Source: an uncultured Solirubrobacteraceae bacterium
GTDB taxonomy: Bacteria > Actinomycetota > Thermoleophilia > Solirubrobacterales > Solirubrobacteraceae
Reading direction: 5' to 3'
DNA: 64,000 nucleotides
NCBI GenBank assembly: GCA_964588985.1
Contig: CAZPQW010000002.1
Span: 96,001 to 160,000 of the forward strand
Shown piece after piece: positions 19,023 to 28,643 of this stretch. The notes beneath the pieces are model-generated. The model made no database searches. It was not told the DNA's origin and saw only the letters and a list, made by a program, of their open reading frames with translations. Position 1 is the first letter of the stretch. Each line of letters begins with the position of its first letter. Made by a program: the position numbers and the translations under genes.

Positions 19023-20153
19023 ATGCGGATCGGTGTTCCGAAGGAGGCCGCGGCAGGCGAGCATCGTGTGGCGCTCGTGCCGGAGGTCGTCAGCAAGCTG
19101 GGGGCCAAGGGCCTCGACGTCGTCGTGCAGAGCGGCGCGGGCGCGGACGCCCTGTTGACCGACGCGGCGTACACGGCCGCGGGCGCGAAGGTCACCTCGG
19201 ACCCGGCGGAGGTGTGGGGCTGCGACGTGGTCGTGACGATCGCGCCCCCGGACCCCGAGGCGATTCGCGGCCTCGGCTCGGGCTCGATCCTTATCGGCTT
19301 TCTAGCCCCGCTCACGAGCCCGCGGACGACGCGCGCGCTCGCCGACGCGAAGGCGACCGCGTTCGCGATGGAGGCGATCCCGCGGATTTCGCGCGCGCAG
19401 GCGATGGACGCGCTGTCCTCGCAGGCGAACGTCGCGGGCTACCGCGCGGCGCTGCTCGGCGCGGAGGAGATGGGCCGCTTCTACCCGATGCTGATGACCG
19501 CGGCGGGCACGATCCCGCCGGCGAAGGTGCTCGTGCTGGGCGTCGGCGTCGCCGGACTGCAGGCGCTCGCGACAGCCAAGCGGCTGGGTGCGCGCACGAC
19601 CGGCTACGACGTTCGCCCGGAGGTCGCGGAGCAGGTCGAATCGCTCGGTGCGCAGTGGCTCGACCTGGGCATCGAGGCGAGCGGCGAGGGCGGCTACGCA
19701 CGCGAGCTGACCGAGCAGGAGCGCGCACAGCAGCAGCAGGCGCTGACCGACGCGATCAAGGGCTTCGACGTGGTGATCACCACCGCGCTCGTGCCGGGTC
19801 GCCCGGCGCCGAGGCTCGTCACCGCGGAGGCCGTCGAAGGGATGAAGCCGGGCTCTGTGATCGTCGACCTCGCGGGCGAGGCTGGCGGCAACTGCGAGCT
19901 GACCGAGCCGGGGCAGACGACGGTCAAACACGACGTCAAGATCGTCTCGCCGCTGAACCTTCCCGCCGGGATGGCCGAGCACTCCTCGCAGCTGTTCGCG
20001 CGCAACGTCCAGGCGCTGCTCGACCTGTTCGTGGGCGAGGACGGCGCGCTGCAGCTCGACTTCGACGACGAGATCGTCAAGGGCGCGTGCGTGGTGCGCG
20101 ACGGCGAGATCGTCCATCCTGGAGCCAAAGCCGCCGTGGAGGCCGCCCAATGA
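19023..20153 (+). CDS. pntAA: NAD(P) transhydrogenase alpha subunit part 1
   Basis: MRIGVPKE, PRISRAQAMDALSSQ, GVGVAGLQA. Confidence 0.95.
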   Translation: MRIGVPKEAAAGEHRVALVPEVVSKLGAKGLDVVVQSGAGADALLTDAAYTAAGAKVTSDPAEVWGCDVVVTIAPPDPEAIRGLGSGSILIGFLAPLTSPRTTRALADAKATAFAMEAIPRISRAQAMDALSSQANVAGYRAALLGAEEMGRFYPMLMTAAGTIPPAKVLVLGVGVAGLQALATAKRLGARTTGYDVRPEVAEQVESLGAQWLDLGIEASGEGGYARELTEQERAQQQQALTDAIKGFDVVITTALVPGRPAPRLVTAEAVEGMKPGSVIVDLAGEAGGNCELTEPGQTTVKHDVKIVSPLNLPAGMAEHSSQLFARNVQALLDLFVGEDGALQLDFDDEIVKGACVVRDGEIVHPGAKAAVEAAQ

Positions 20154-20473
20154 TCCTTGCGAGCACCCTCACGACCAACCTCGCGATCCTCGTGCTCGCC
20201 GGCTTCATCGGCTTCGTGGTGATCTCGAAGGTTCCGAACACGCTGCACACGCCGCTGATGAGCGGCACGAACGCGATCCACGGGATCGTGCTGCTCGGCG
20301 GCCTGCTCGTGGTGGGCCTGTCGGGCAACGGCGCGTTCAACAAGGTGATCCTCGTGATCGCGATCGCGTTCGGCACGATCAACGTCGTCGGCGGCTTCCT
20401 CGTGACCGACCGCATGCTGGAGATGTTCAAGGCCAAGCCGAAATCCTCAAGCGACGAGGAGAAGAAGTCGTGA
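20150..20473 (+). CDS. pntAB: NAD(P) transhydrogenase alpha subunit part 2
   Basis: VPNTLHTPLMSGTNAIHG, NVVGGFLVTDRMLEMF. Confidence 0.95.
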   Translation: MILASTLTTNLAILVLAGFIGFVVISKVPNTLHTPLMSGTNAIHGIVLLGGLLVVGLSGNGAFNKVILVIAIAFGTINVVGGFLVTDRMLEMFKAKPKSSSDEEKKS

Positions 20474-21897
20474 GCAGCCTGCCGCTCGCCACGTCCTTCC
20501 TGCAGGACCAGAGCTTCCTCGATGTTCTTTATATCGTCGCGTTCGCGCTGTTCATCCAGGGCCTGCGCGGGCTCTCGGGGCCGACCACCGCCGTGCGGGG
20601 CAACCGCATCGCCGCGGTCGGCATGGCGATTGCGGTGATTGCGACACTGCTGAACGTCAACGAGGGCAACTGGGCCCTGATCGTGATCGGCGTGGCGCTC
20701 GGCACCGCGGTGGGCGTCCCGGCGGCGCGCCAGGTGAAGATGACCGCGATGCCGCAGATGGTGGCGCTGTTCAACGGCGTGGGCGGCGGCGCTGTGTTCC
20801 TGATCTCGTGGTCGGAGTTCCGTCTCTCCGACGGCTTCACGGGCACCCCCACCTACATCGCGATCTTCTCGCTGTTCGCGGCGATCGTCGGCTCGGTGTC
20901 GTTCTGGGGATCGAACATCGCGTTCGGCAAGCTCCAGGAAATCATCCCCGGCAAGCCGATCACGCTCGGCTCCTCGCAGCAGTTCGTAAACGCGCTGCTG
21001 CTGCTCGTCGCGGTCGGCTGCGGCGTGGCGATCGCCGCCGGCGAACACTCCGAAGGCCTCTTCATCCTGCTGCTGCTCTCGGCCGCCCTGCTCGGCAACG
21101 CGGTCGTGTTCCCGATCGGCGGCGCCGACATGCCGGTCGTGATCTCGCTGCTGAACGCCTTCACCGGCCTCTCGGCGGCGGCCACGGGAATCGCGCTGAA
21201 CAACCCCGCGTTGATCGTCGCGGGCATGATCGTCGGCGCCTCCGGCTCGATCCTCACGAACCTGATGGCGGTCGCGATGAACCGCTCGATCCCCGCGATC
21301 ATCGCCGGCGGCTTCGGCGGCGGCGGCGCTGTCGAGGGCGCCAGCGGGGCGGGCGAGCACGCGGGCACGGTCCGTTCCACGACCGCCTCCGACGCCGCGA
21401 TCCAACTCGCCTACGCCAATCGCGTCGTGATCGTCCCCGGGTACGGGATGGCCGTTGCGCAGGCCCAGCACGCGGTCAGGGAGCTGACCAAGGAGCTCGA
21501 AAAACGCCAGGTCGAGGTCAGCTACGCGATCCACCCGGTCGCGGGACGCATGCCCGGACACATGAACGTGCTGCTGGCCGAGGCCGACGTGCCGTATGAC
21601 CAGCTGAAGGAGATGGACGAGGCGAACCCCGAGTTCTCGCGCACGGATGTCTCGCTTGTGATCGGCGCGAACGACGTGACGAACCCGGCGGCGAAGAACA
21701 CGCCGTCCTCGCCGATCTACGGGATGCCGATCCTCGAGGTCTCAGACAGCCACTCGGTGATCGTGATCAAGCGCTCGATGAACCCCGGCTTCGCGGGCAT
21801 CGAAAACGAGCTGTACTACGACCCGAAGACCGAGATGCTGTTCGGGGACGCGAAGTCGGCGGTGAGCGAGATCACCGCCGAGCTCGCCCACATCTAG
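20470..21897 (+). CDS. pntB: NAD(P) transhydrogenase beta subunit
   Basis: MTAMPQMVALFNG, GGADMPVVISLLN, HPVAGRMPGHMNVLLAEA. Confidence 0.96.
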   Translation: MSSLPLATSFLQDQSFLDVLYIVAFALFIQGLRGLSGPTTAVRGNRIAAVGMAIAVIATLLNVNEGNWALIVIGVALGTAVGVPAARQVKMTAMPQMVALFNGVGGGAVFLISWSEFRLSDGFTGTPTYIAIFSLFAAIVGSVSFWGSNIAFGKLQEIIPGKPITLGSSQQFVNALLLLVAVGCGVAIAAGEHSEGLFILLLLSAALLGNAVVFPIGGADMPVVISLLNAFTGLSAAATGIALNNPALIVAGMIVGASGSILTNLMAVAMNRSIPAIIAGGFGGGGAVEGASGAGEHAGTVRSTTASDAAIQLAYANRVVIVPGYGMAVAQAQHAVRELTKELEKRQVEVSYAIHPVAGRMPGHMNVLLAEADVPYDQLKEMDEANPEFSRTDVSLVIGANDVTNPAAKNTPSSPIYGMPILEVSDSHSVIVIKRSMNPGFAGIENELYYDPKTEMLFGDAKSAVSEITAELAHI

Positions 21898-21930
21898 AGC
21901 GCGCCCACGCGCTCTGCGAGACTGCGCTGC

Positions 21931-23715
21931 GTGATCGAGCGCAGTCTGGCACTCGCGGCTCTGGCCGAAGACGAGTTCGACGTGGTGGTCGTCGGCGGCG
22001 GCATCACCGGCGCTGGCGTTGCGCTGGACGCGGCCACGCGCGGCTACAGCGTCGCGCTGCTCGAGCGCGCGGACTTCGCGTCGGGAACCTCCAGCCGCTC
22101 GAGCAAGCTCGTCCACGGCGGGCTTCGCTACCTGCAGAACTTCGACCTCGGGCTCGTCCGCGAGGCGCTGCTGGAGCGCCAGCTGATGGTGCAGCTCGCG
22201 CCCCATCTCGTGCGTCCGCTGCCGCTGGTGGTGCCCGCGTTCGAGGGCGCGCACCCCGACCGGCTGGTGGGCGTGGGCCTGAACCTCTACGACGTGATGT
22301 CGCGAGAGCGCCTGCGCGGGCGGCGCGGACGGCGCGTGCGCGCCGAGCGGGCACAGGGCGGTCCGGCGGTGACCGCGGCGCAGGCCGAAGAGGGCGAGTC
22401 CTGGAGCCCTGAGCGCCACCGGGTGATCTCCGGGGAGGAGGTGCTCGAGCTCTTGCCCGCGCTCGCCGCGCGCGAGCCGACCAGCGGCTACCTGTTCTAC
22501 GACTGCCAGACCGACGACGTGCGCCTCGTGCTGACGGTGCTCGGCGAGGCGGAGCGCTTCGGCGCGGTGTGCGCGAACCGGGTGGACGTGACCGGGTTGC
22601 TCGAGCGCGACGGGCGTGCAGCGGGGGTGCAGGTGACGGAGCTCGAGAGCGGCGGGCGCTTCGACGTGCGCGCGGCGAACGTGGTCAACGCGACCGGCGT
22701 GTGGGCCGACCAGCTGCGCCCGCGGGAGCTGCACGAGGAGGCCGAGTTGCCGCGCATCCGGCCCAGCCGCGGCACGCACGTGACGCTCAGGCACGAGGAC
22801 CTCCCGCTGATCGGCGGCGCGATCGTCCCCGCCGGCGGCGGGCGCTCGATCTTCGCGCTGCCGTGGCTCGGGCACACGCTCGTGGGCACCACCGACAACG
22901 ACTACGAGGAGGGCGGCTCGCTCGAGCACATCCGCCCGTCGAACGACGACGTCGACTACCTGCTCGACGCGGTCAACGAGTTCTTCGCCACCGACTTCGG
23001 CCCCGGCGACCTCACGGGTGCGTTCGCGGGCGTGAGGCCGCTGATCTCCACGGGCGACCCGAAGAAGTCGGTCGACATCTCGCGCAAGGCGGAGCTTTAC
23101 GAGACCTCCTCGGGGATGATCACGATCACCGGCGGCAAGCTCACCACGTGGCGGCGGATGGCGAAGATGACCGTCGACAGGCTCGTCGAGCGCGACGCCC
23201 GCGACGCGCCCTGCCGCACGCACGAGATCCCGCTCGGCCAGACGATCGCCGCCGACGAGCTGCCGCGCGTTGAGGGCGTGCCCGAGCATTCCTACCGCGC
23301 GCTCGCCGCCCGCTACGGCCACGCAGCCCACGACGTGCTCGCCCTCGCAGCCGAGCGCGGCGAACTGGCCCAACCCATCGTCGCGGGCCGCCCCGACCTG
23401 CTGGCCGAGGTGGCGCTCGCCGCGCGCCACGAGCAGGCGCGCTCGATCGGCGACGTGCTGCTCAGGCGCACCCGCCTGGGGCTGCTGGCGGCGCGGGAGC
23501 TGACCGTGCCGGCGCCGGCCGCCGGGTCGAGTCCGGTCGAGCTGGTCGGGGATGTCCTCGCGCACGAGCTCGGCTGGGACGAGGAGCGGCTGCGCCTCGA
23601 GCTGGCCCGCTTCGCGGACGAGGCGCTCGCGGAGGGAATCGTCGCCGAGGTCGATCGTCCTGAGGCCCCCGTCGAGGAGGACACCGCCGCCGTGACGCCG
23701 GACGCCGAGTGGTGA
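21931..23715 (+). CDS. glpD: FAD-dependent glycerol-3-phosphate dehydrogenase
   Basis: GGGITGAG, GTSSRSSKLVHGGLRYL, GGKLTTWRRMA. Confidence 0.93.
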   Translation: MIERSLALAALAEDEFDVVVVGGGITGAGVALDAATRGYSVALLERADFASGTSSRSSKLVHGGLRYLQNFDLGLVREALLERQLMVQLAPHLVRPLPLVVPAFEGAHPDRLVGVGLNLYDVMSRERLRGRRGRRVRAERAQGGPAVTAAQAEEGESWSPERHRVISGEEVLELLPALAAREPTSGYLFYDCQTDDVRLVLTVLGEAERFGAVCANRVDVTGLLERDGRAAGVQVTELESGGRFDVRAANVVNATGVWADQLRPRELHEEAELPRIRPSRGTHVTLRHEDLPLIGGAIVPAGGGRSIFALPWLGHTLVGTTDNDYEEGGSLEHIRPSNDDVDYLLDAVNEFFATDFGPGDLTGAFAGVRPLISTGDPKKSVDISRKAELYETSSGMITITGGKLTTWRRMAKMTVDRLVERDARDAPCRTHEIPLGQTIAADELPRVEGVPEHSYRALAARYGHAAHDVLALAAERGELAQPIVAGRPDLLAEVALAARHEQARSIGDVLLRRTRLGLLAARELTVPAPAAGSSPVELVGDVLAHELGWDEERLRLELARFADEALAEGIVAEVDRPEAPVEEDTAAVTPDAEW

Positions 23716-24632
23716 GGGCGCCCGAGCACCGCGTGCGCGCGGCCGACCTCACGCTCGAGCTGGGATCGCGGCCGTGGCTGATGGGCATCGTGAACGCCTC
23801 GCCGGACTCGTTCAGCGACGGCGGGCTGCACGCGAGCCTCGACGCGCAGAGCAAGCTCGCGGCGGAGCTGCTTGCCGCGGGTGCCGACATCCTCGACATC
23901 GGCGGCGAGTCCGCATCGACGGGTCGCCCGCCGGTCGAGATCGAAGAGGAGATCGAGCGCGTGGCGCCGCTGGTCGAGCGCGTCGCGGGCGAGCTCGGCG
24001 CGGTCGTGTCGGTGGACACGTACAAGCCGGACGTGGCGAGCGCCGCGATCGCCGCGGGGGCTCGGATCGTCAACGACGTGAGCGGCCTGCTCGACCCGCG
24101 GCTCGCGGACGTTTGCGCGCGGACGGGCGCGGCGCTAGTGGTGATGCACACCCGCGCGGCGCCGCGCGAACGGCTGCAGGACCCAGACCTCTACGCGGAC
24201 GTGACCGGCGAGGTGCTCGCCTTCCTCCAGCAGCGCGTGGCGCTCGCCTGCTCGCGCGGCGTCGATCCCGAGCAGCTGATCCTCGACCCCGGGCCGGACT
24301 TCGCGAAGACGCCCGCGCAGACGATCGAGCTGCTGCGCCACACAGCCCGCCTGCACGAGCTCGGACGCCCGCTGCTGATGGCGATCTCGCGCAAGGACTT
24401 CGTCGGCGCGCTCACGCGCAGAGCGCCGCGCGACCGCCTCGCGGGGACGCTCGCGGCGCTCGCATTCGGGGTCGAGCGGGGCGCGCACATCTTCCGCGTG
24501 CACGACGTCGCGGCCGCCGCGGACTTCCTCACCGTCCGCTCCGCGCTCGCCGGTGAGCTGCAGCCGAGCAGGGATCTCGCGCTGACCGAGGAAATCCGAC
24601 ACGAGCCTTCGCCGCGCGAGACGCTACGCTGA
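23709..24632 (+). CDS. folP: Dihydropteroate synthase
   Basis: MGIVNASPDSFSDGG, DIGGES, SRKDF, FRVHDV. Confidence 0.93.
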   Translation: MVRAPEHRVRAADLTLELGSRPWLMGIVNASPDSFSDGGLHASLDAQSKLAAELLAAGADILDIGGESASTGRPPVEIEEEIERVAPLVERVAGELGAVVSVDTYKPDVASAAIAAGARIVNDVSGLLDPRLADVCARTGAALVVMHTRAAPRERLQDPDLYADVTGEVLAFLQQRVALACSRGVDPEQLILDPGPDFAKTPAQTIELLRHTARLHELGRPLLMAISRKDFVGALTRRAPRDRLAGTLAALAFGVERGAHIFRVHDVAAAADFLTVRSALAGELQPSRDLALTEEIRHEPSPRETLR

Positions 24633-24710
24633 GGATCAACCAACGGGTGCCCGCCGCTGTCCAACGCGACGGGACGCCAACCGCCCCTCCACAACGAAAG
24701 AAGGAACACC

Positions 24711-26060
24711 ATGGCAGTACTCGAGCGCTCCGAGCTGGAGGCAAGTCCTCTCGCCGACCTGCACACGATCGCGGACCAGATCGGTCTCGACGGGTTCAGA
24801 CGACTGCGCAAGGCGGACCTGATCGACGCGATCCTCGGAGAGGAGAGCCCCAGCTCCAACGGAGCTGAGAAGAGCTCCGACAACGACGACGGCGAGGGCG
24901 AGGCGCGCCCGCGCAGACGTCGCTCGCCACGCACACGCCGCCCGGCCGGCGCGGCCGCGAAGGCGCAGGACGACGAGGCCGACGAGAAGTCCGACGTCGA
25001 CAGCAGCCCGGATAAGGACGAAAGCCCTTCGCGTACATCGACGGGCGCAGCGCGCCGCGGCCGTGGCGGCAGGAGCGCGCGGGGCGGCGCCGGGAGGTCT
25101 TCCTCCACGCGCTCCACTTCCTCGGGCGATGACGCCGACAGCGACGCGGGCGACTCGGAGAGCACCGGCCGGATCGCGGCCGGCGTGGTCGAGGTGCTGG
25201 GCAACGGCTCTGCGTTCCTACGAGTCGACCCGCCGGAGCCCTCGGACGACGATGTGTACATCTCCGCCGCGCAGGTGCGCCGCTGCGAGCTGGTGAGCGG
25301 CGACCGCGTGACCGGCCCGGTGCGCACGCCCCGTCGCTCGGAGCGCTACCCGTCGCTGGTCCGCATCGACACGATCAACGGCACATCCGCCGATGAGGTC
25401 TCCGACGGCGGCCGCTATGACGATCTGCCCGTGAGCTGGCCGAGCGAGTGGCTCAAACTGGACTCCAAGGACGCGACGCTCGAGGCGATCGACTGGCTCA
25501 CGCCGCTGGGGCTCGGCTCGCGCGCGGTGATCGTGGGTGTTCGCCACGTCGGCAAGAGCGAGACGTTGAGGCGCCTGCTCGACGCCCTCGGCGGCCGCGA
25601 GGACCTCGACGTCAGTCTCGTGCTCGCTGGCGCCCGGCCGGAGGAGATCTCCCAGTGGCAGGAGGGCCCGCTCGCTCCGGTGGCGTCGCTCAGCTTCGCC
25701 GCCTCCTCGGACTCGCAGGGGCAGGCGATCGAGCGCGCGATCGACGCTGCCAAGCGCGTCGCTGCACGCGGCGGCAAAGCGGTTGTGTTGATCGACAGCC
25801 TCGACGGGCTCAACCCGCACGCCGCGCGCAAGGCGCTCGCCGCCGCGCGCAACCTGCGCGAGGGCGGCTCGCTGACGGTGATCGCCACGGCATCCCAGCC
25901 GCTCGGAGGGGAGACGACGGTGATCGCGCTCAAGTCGACCGGCCGCGTGCCGATCGTCGACCTGGTCAACAGCGGCACGCTCAGGCCCGAGCTGCTCGTC
26001 GGCGATGACGGCGCCGAGGCGATCGCCAAGGCGCGGACCGACGCCATAGAGGCTTCCTAG
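24711..26060 (+). CDS. Rho termination-factor homolog with degenerate ATPase domain
   Basis: Rho N-terminal helix (LRKADLIDAIL), RNA-binding OB domain (AFLR...DDVYISAAQVRR...GDRVTG), AARNLREGGSLTVIATA; catalytic motifs altered. Confidence 0.85.
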   Translation: MAVLERSELEASPLADLHTIADQIGLDGFRRLRKADLIDAILGEESPSSNGAEKSSDNDDGEGEARPRRRRSPRTRRPAGAAAKAQDDEADEKSDVDSSPDKDESPSRTSTGAARRGRGGRSARGGAGRSSSTRSTSSGDDADSDAGDSESTGRIAAGVVEVLGNGSAFLRVDPPEPSDDDVYISAAQVRRCELVSGDRVTGPVRTPRRSERYPSLVRIDTINGTSADEVSDGGRYDDLPVSWPSEWLKLDSKDATLEAIDWLTPLGLGSRAVIVGVRHVGKSETLRRLLDALGGREDLDVSLVLAGARPEEISQWQEGPLAPVASLSFAASSDSQGQAIERAIDAAKRVAARGGKAVVLIDSLDGLNPHAARKALAAARNLREGGSLTVIATASQPLGGETTVIALKSTGRVPIVDLVNSGTLRPELLVGDDGAEAIAKARTDAIEAS

Positions 26061-26102
26061 AGAAAGAGATGTGTGCGAGCGGCGGGTTCGTCCCTCTGCT
26101 CG

Positions 26103-26564
26103 TCAGCCCCTATATGCGACGCGGCCCCATGAGGGCTCGGGGGCGAGCTCGATCGGCTCATGGCTGCGTTCGGGCTGGACGTAGGCGAACGTGCCGCTCT
26201 GTTCGTCGAAGCTGACGGTCAGCTCGCCCTCCTTGACGCGCTGGTCGAGCCACGCGCCGCGGAACACGAGACGCCGCAGCCAGTGCACGAGCGAGCGCTC
26301 GGCCGGGCCGACGAGCTCGGGCCAGCAGTCGTTGACGTGCTCGCCGAGGGCCGACGCGGGCTCTGAGATCTCGCCGTTGACGGCGAGGTTGACGAGGTCT
26401 TCGAGCTCCTCCTCGCCGAGCCGCCCGCCGACGAATCCGAGCTTCAGCGCCGCCTGCTCGCAGCGCTCGGAGAAATCGGTCTCGTTGAAGGTGAAGCGCA
26501 GCTCGCCGTATTCGAGCACGAAGTGCTCACCGGAGTCGTAGTTTTCGCGTCGCGCGGTTTCCAT
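26103..26564 (-). CDS. Hypothetical protein
   Basis: 153-aa ORF with globular composition filling the gap between rho-like and permease genes. Confidence 0.7.
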   Translation of the reverse strand: METARRENYDSGEHFVLEYGELRFTFNETDFSERCEQAALKLGFVGGRLGEEELEDLVNLAVNGEISEPASALGEHVNDCWPELVGPAERSLVHWLRRLVFRGAWLDQRVKEGELTVSFDEQSGTFAYVQPERSHEPIELAPEPSWGRVAYRG

Positions 26565-26696
26565 AGTGTTGAATCGGAGCTGTCGGCAGTGCAGTAGTGC
26601 CGCGGCTCGTCGGGATCATACGGTGCGTTCCTGCTTTGGCGGCTGCGGTGCACGGGATTTTGCAGGGTGGGTGGGGATCGATAGCCTCCCGAGCCG

Positions 26697-28628
26697 ATGG
26701 CGCGCCTCTCAGAGCACGGACTGCGGCGATCCGTTGGCGTTCCCGGCCTTTTCGCCACCGCCTACGGCAACGTCGGCTCCTCGATCTACTACGCACTTGG
26801 GCTCGTCGCGGGCTACGCGCTCGGGCTCACGCCGGTCGTGTTCATGTTCGCGGGCGGACTGTTCGTGCTCACCGCGAAGACCTACGCGGAGGGCGCTTCG
26901 ATGTTCCCCGAGGCCGGAGGCTCCTCGTCGTTCGCGCGCCACGCGTTCAACGACGTGGTCTCGTTCTTCGCCGGCTGGGCGTTGAGCCTCGACTACATCA
27001 TCACGATCGCGATCTCCGCGTTCTTCGTGCCGCACTACCTCGGCGCGTTCTTCCCGAGCCTCACCCACAACCCCGGCGACATCATCGGCGGGATCGTCAC
27101 GATCGTGCTGCTCGCCGCGCTCAACATCCGCGGGCTGGGAGAGTCGGCGAAGCTCAACCTGTTCCTCGCGGTCGCCGACCTGTGCACCCAGGTGCTCCTC
27201 GTCGGTCTAGGAGCCGTGCTGGTGCTGAACCCGTCGCTGCTCGTCAACCAGGTGCACCTCGGCACGGCTCCCTCGTGGCACAACCTGATCTTCGCGCTGT
27301 CGGTCGCGATGGTCGCCTACACGGGGATCGAGACCGTGTCGAACATGGCCGAGGAGTCGCGCGACCCTGGCCGGGACATCCCCAAGGCGGTCAACCTCGT
27401 GCTGATCGCCGTGCTCGGCGTGTACGCGGGGATCTCGGTCGTGGCGCTCTCCGCGCTGCCGGTCATCCACCACGGCATCGGCTACAGCCCTCAGCTGCTG
27501 GAAACGTACAGCCATCCCGGCTACGCCACCGCGCTCGGCGGCCACTTCGAAAACGACCCCGTGCTGGGGATCATCACGCGCCTCGGCTTGCACGGCACGG
27601 TGCTGACGATCGCCAAAGACTACGTCGGGGTGCTCGCCGCGACGATCCTGTTCATCGCGACGAACGCCGGCCTGATCGGGATCTCGCGGCTGTCGTGGTC
27701 GCTGTCGGAGCACCGCCAGCTGCCGAGCATCTTCTCCAACCTGCACCCGAAGTTCCGCACCCCGTGGTTCACGATCGTGTTCTTCTCGATCCTCGCGGGG
27801 CTGCTGATCCTGCCGGGCGAAACGACGCTGCTGGGCAACCTGTACTCGTTCGGCGCGATGCTGTCGTTCACGACCGCGCACGTGTCGGTGGTCGCGCTGC
27901 GCTTCTCCCAGCCCGACCGCGAGCGCCCCTACCGGATGCCGTGGAACGTGATGATCCGCGGCCGCTCGATCCCGCTGACGGCGGTGCTCGGCGCGATCGG
28001 CACGTTCGCAGCGTGGTGCGCCGTCGTCGCGCTGCACGGCGAGGCGCGCACGATCGGCATCCCCTGGATGATCCTGGGGATGGGCGGCTACTACGTCTAT
28101 CGCAAGCGACAGGGCCTCAACCTCCGCGACTCCTACCGCATACCGCGCCCCGAACGCCCCCCAGACTTCGAGGAGCTCGAGTACCGCACGGCGCTGGTGC
28201 CGATCTTCGGCGACGACGTGAGCGCATCGGCGCTGCGCGGCGCGGCGAAGCTGATCGGCGAAGAGGGGGTGGTGTATGCGATCTACGTGCTGCCCGTGCC
28301 GAGCCAGCTCTCCCTGGAGGCCGGCCTGGAGGAGGAGGAGGCGCACGGCCGCTCGGTGCTCGAGAGCGCGCGCATCCAGGCCAAACGCGCGGGGATCAAG
28401 ATCCACACCGGCCTGATACGTACTCGCAACCCCGGATCCGCGCTCGTTGAGGAAGCCGAACGGGTCGGATCGGACGTGATCTACTGGTCGACGATCCATG
28501 CGCCCGCGGGCGAGCAGCGGATCGGCCCGACCGCGGCGTACCTGCTGAGCCGGCGCCCGTGCCGGGTGATCATCGAGACGCAGAACCGCCCCGACGGCAA
28601 GACAGACCGCGTCGCGGTGCCCGCCTGA
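26697..28628 (+). CDS. APC family amino acid permease with C-terminal universal stress protein domain
   Basis: GNVGSSIYYALG, YAEG...PEAGG, AYTGIETVSNMAEE; USP-like end IGPTAAYLL..RPCRVII. Confidence 0.9.
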   Translation: MARLSEHGLRRSVGVPGLFATAYGNVGSSIYYALGLVAGYALGLTPVVFMFAGGLFVLTAKTYAEGASMFPEAGGSSSFARHAFNDVVSFFAGWALSLDYIITIAISAFFVPHYLGAFFPSLTHNPGDIIGGIVTIVLLAALNIRGLGESAKLNLFLAVADLCTQVLLVGLGAVLVLNPSLLVNQVHLGTAPSWHNLIFALSVAMVAYTGIETVSNMAEESRDPGRDIPKAVNLVLIAVLGVYAGISVVALSALPVIHHGIGYSPQLLETYSHPGYATALGGHFENDPVLGIITRLGLHGTVLTIAKDYVGVLAATILFIATNAGLIGISRLSWSLSEHRQLPSIFSNLHPKFRTPWFTIVFFSILAGLLILPGETTLLGNLYSFGAMLSFTTAHVSVVALRFSQPDRERPYRMPWNVMIRGRSIPLTAVLGAIGTFAAWCAVVALHGEARTIGIPWMILGMGGYYVYRKRQGLNLRDSYRIPRPERPPDFEELEYRTALVPIFGDDVSASALRGAAKLIGEEGVVYAIYVLPVPSQLSLEAGLEEEEAHGRSVLESARIQAKRAGIKIHTGLIRTRNPGSALVEEAERVGSDVIYWSTIHAPAGEQRIGPTAAYLLSRRPCRVIIETQNRPDGKTDRVAVPA

Positions 28629-28643
28629 GCCGCGCCCGGGACG

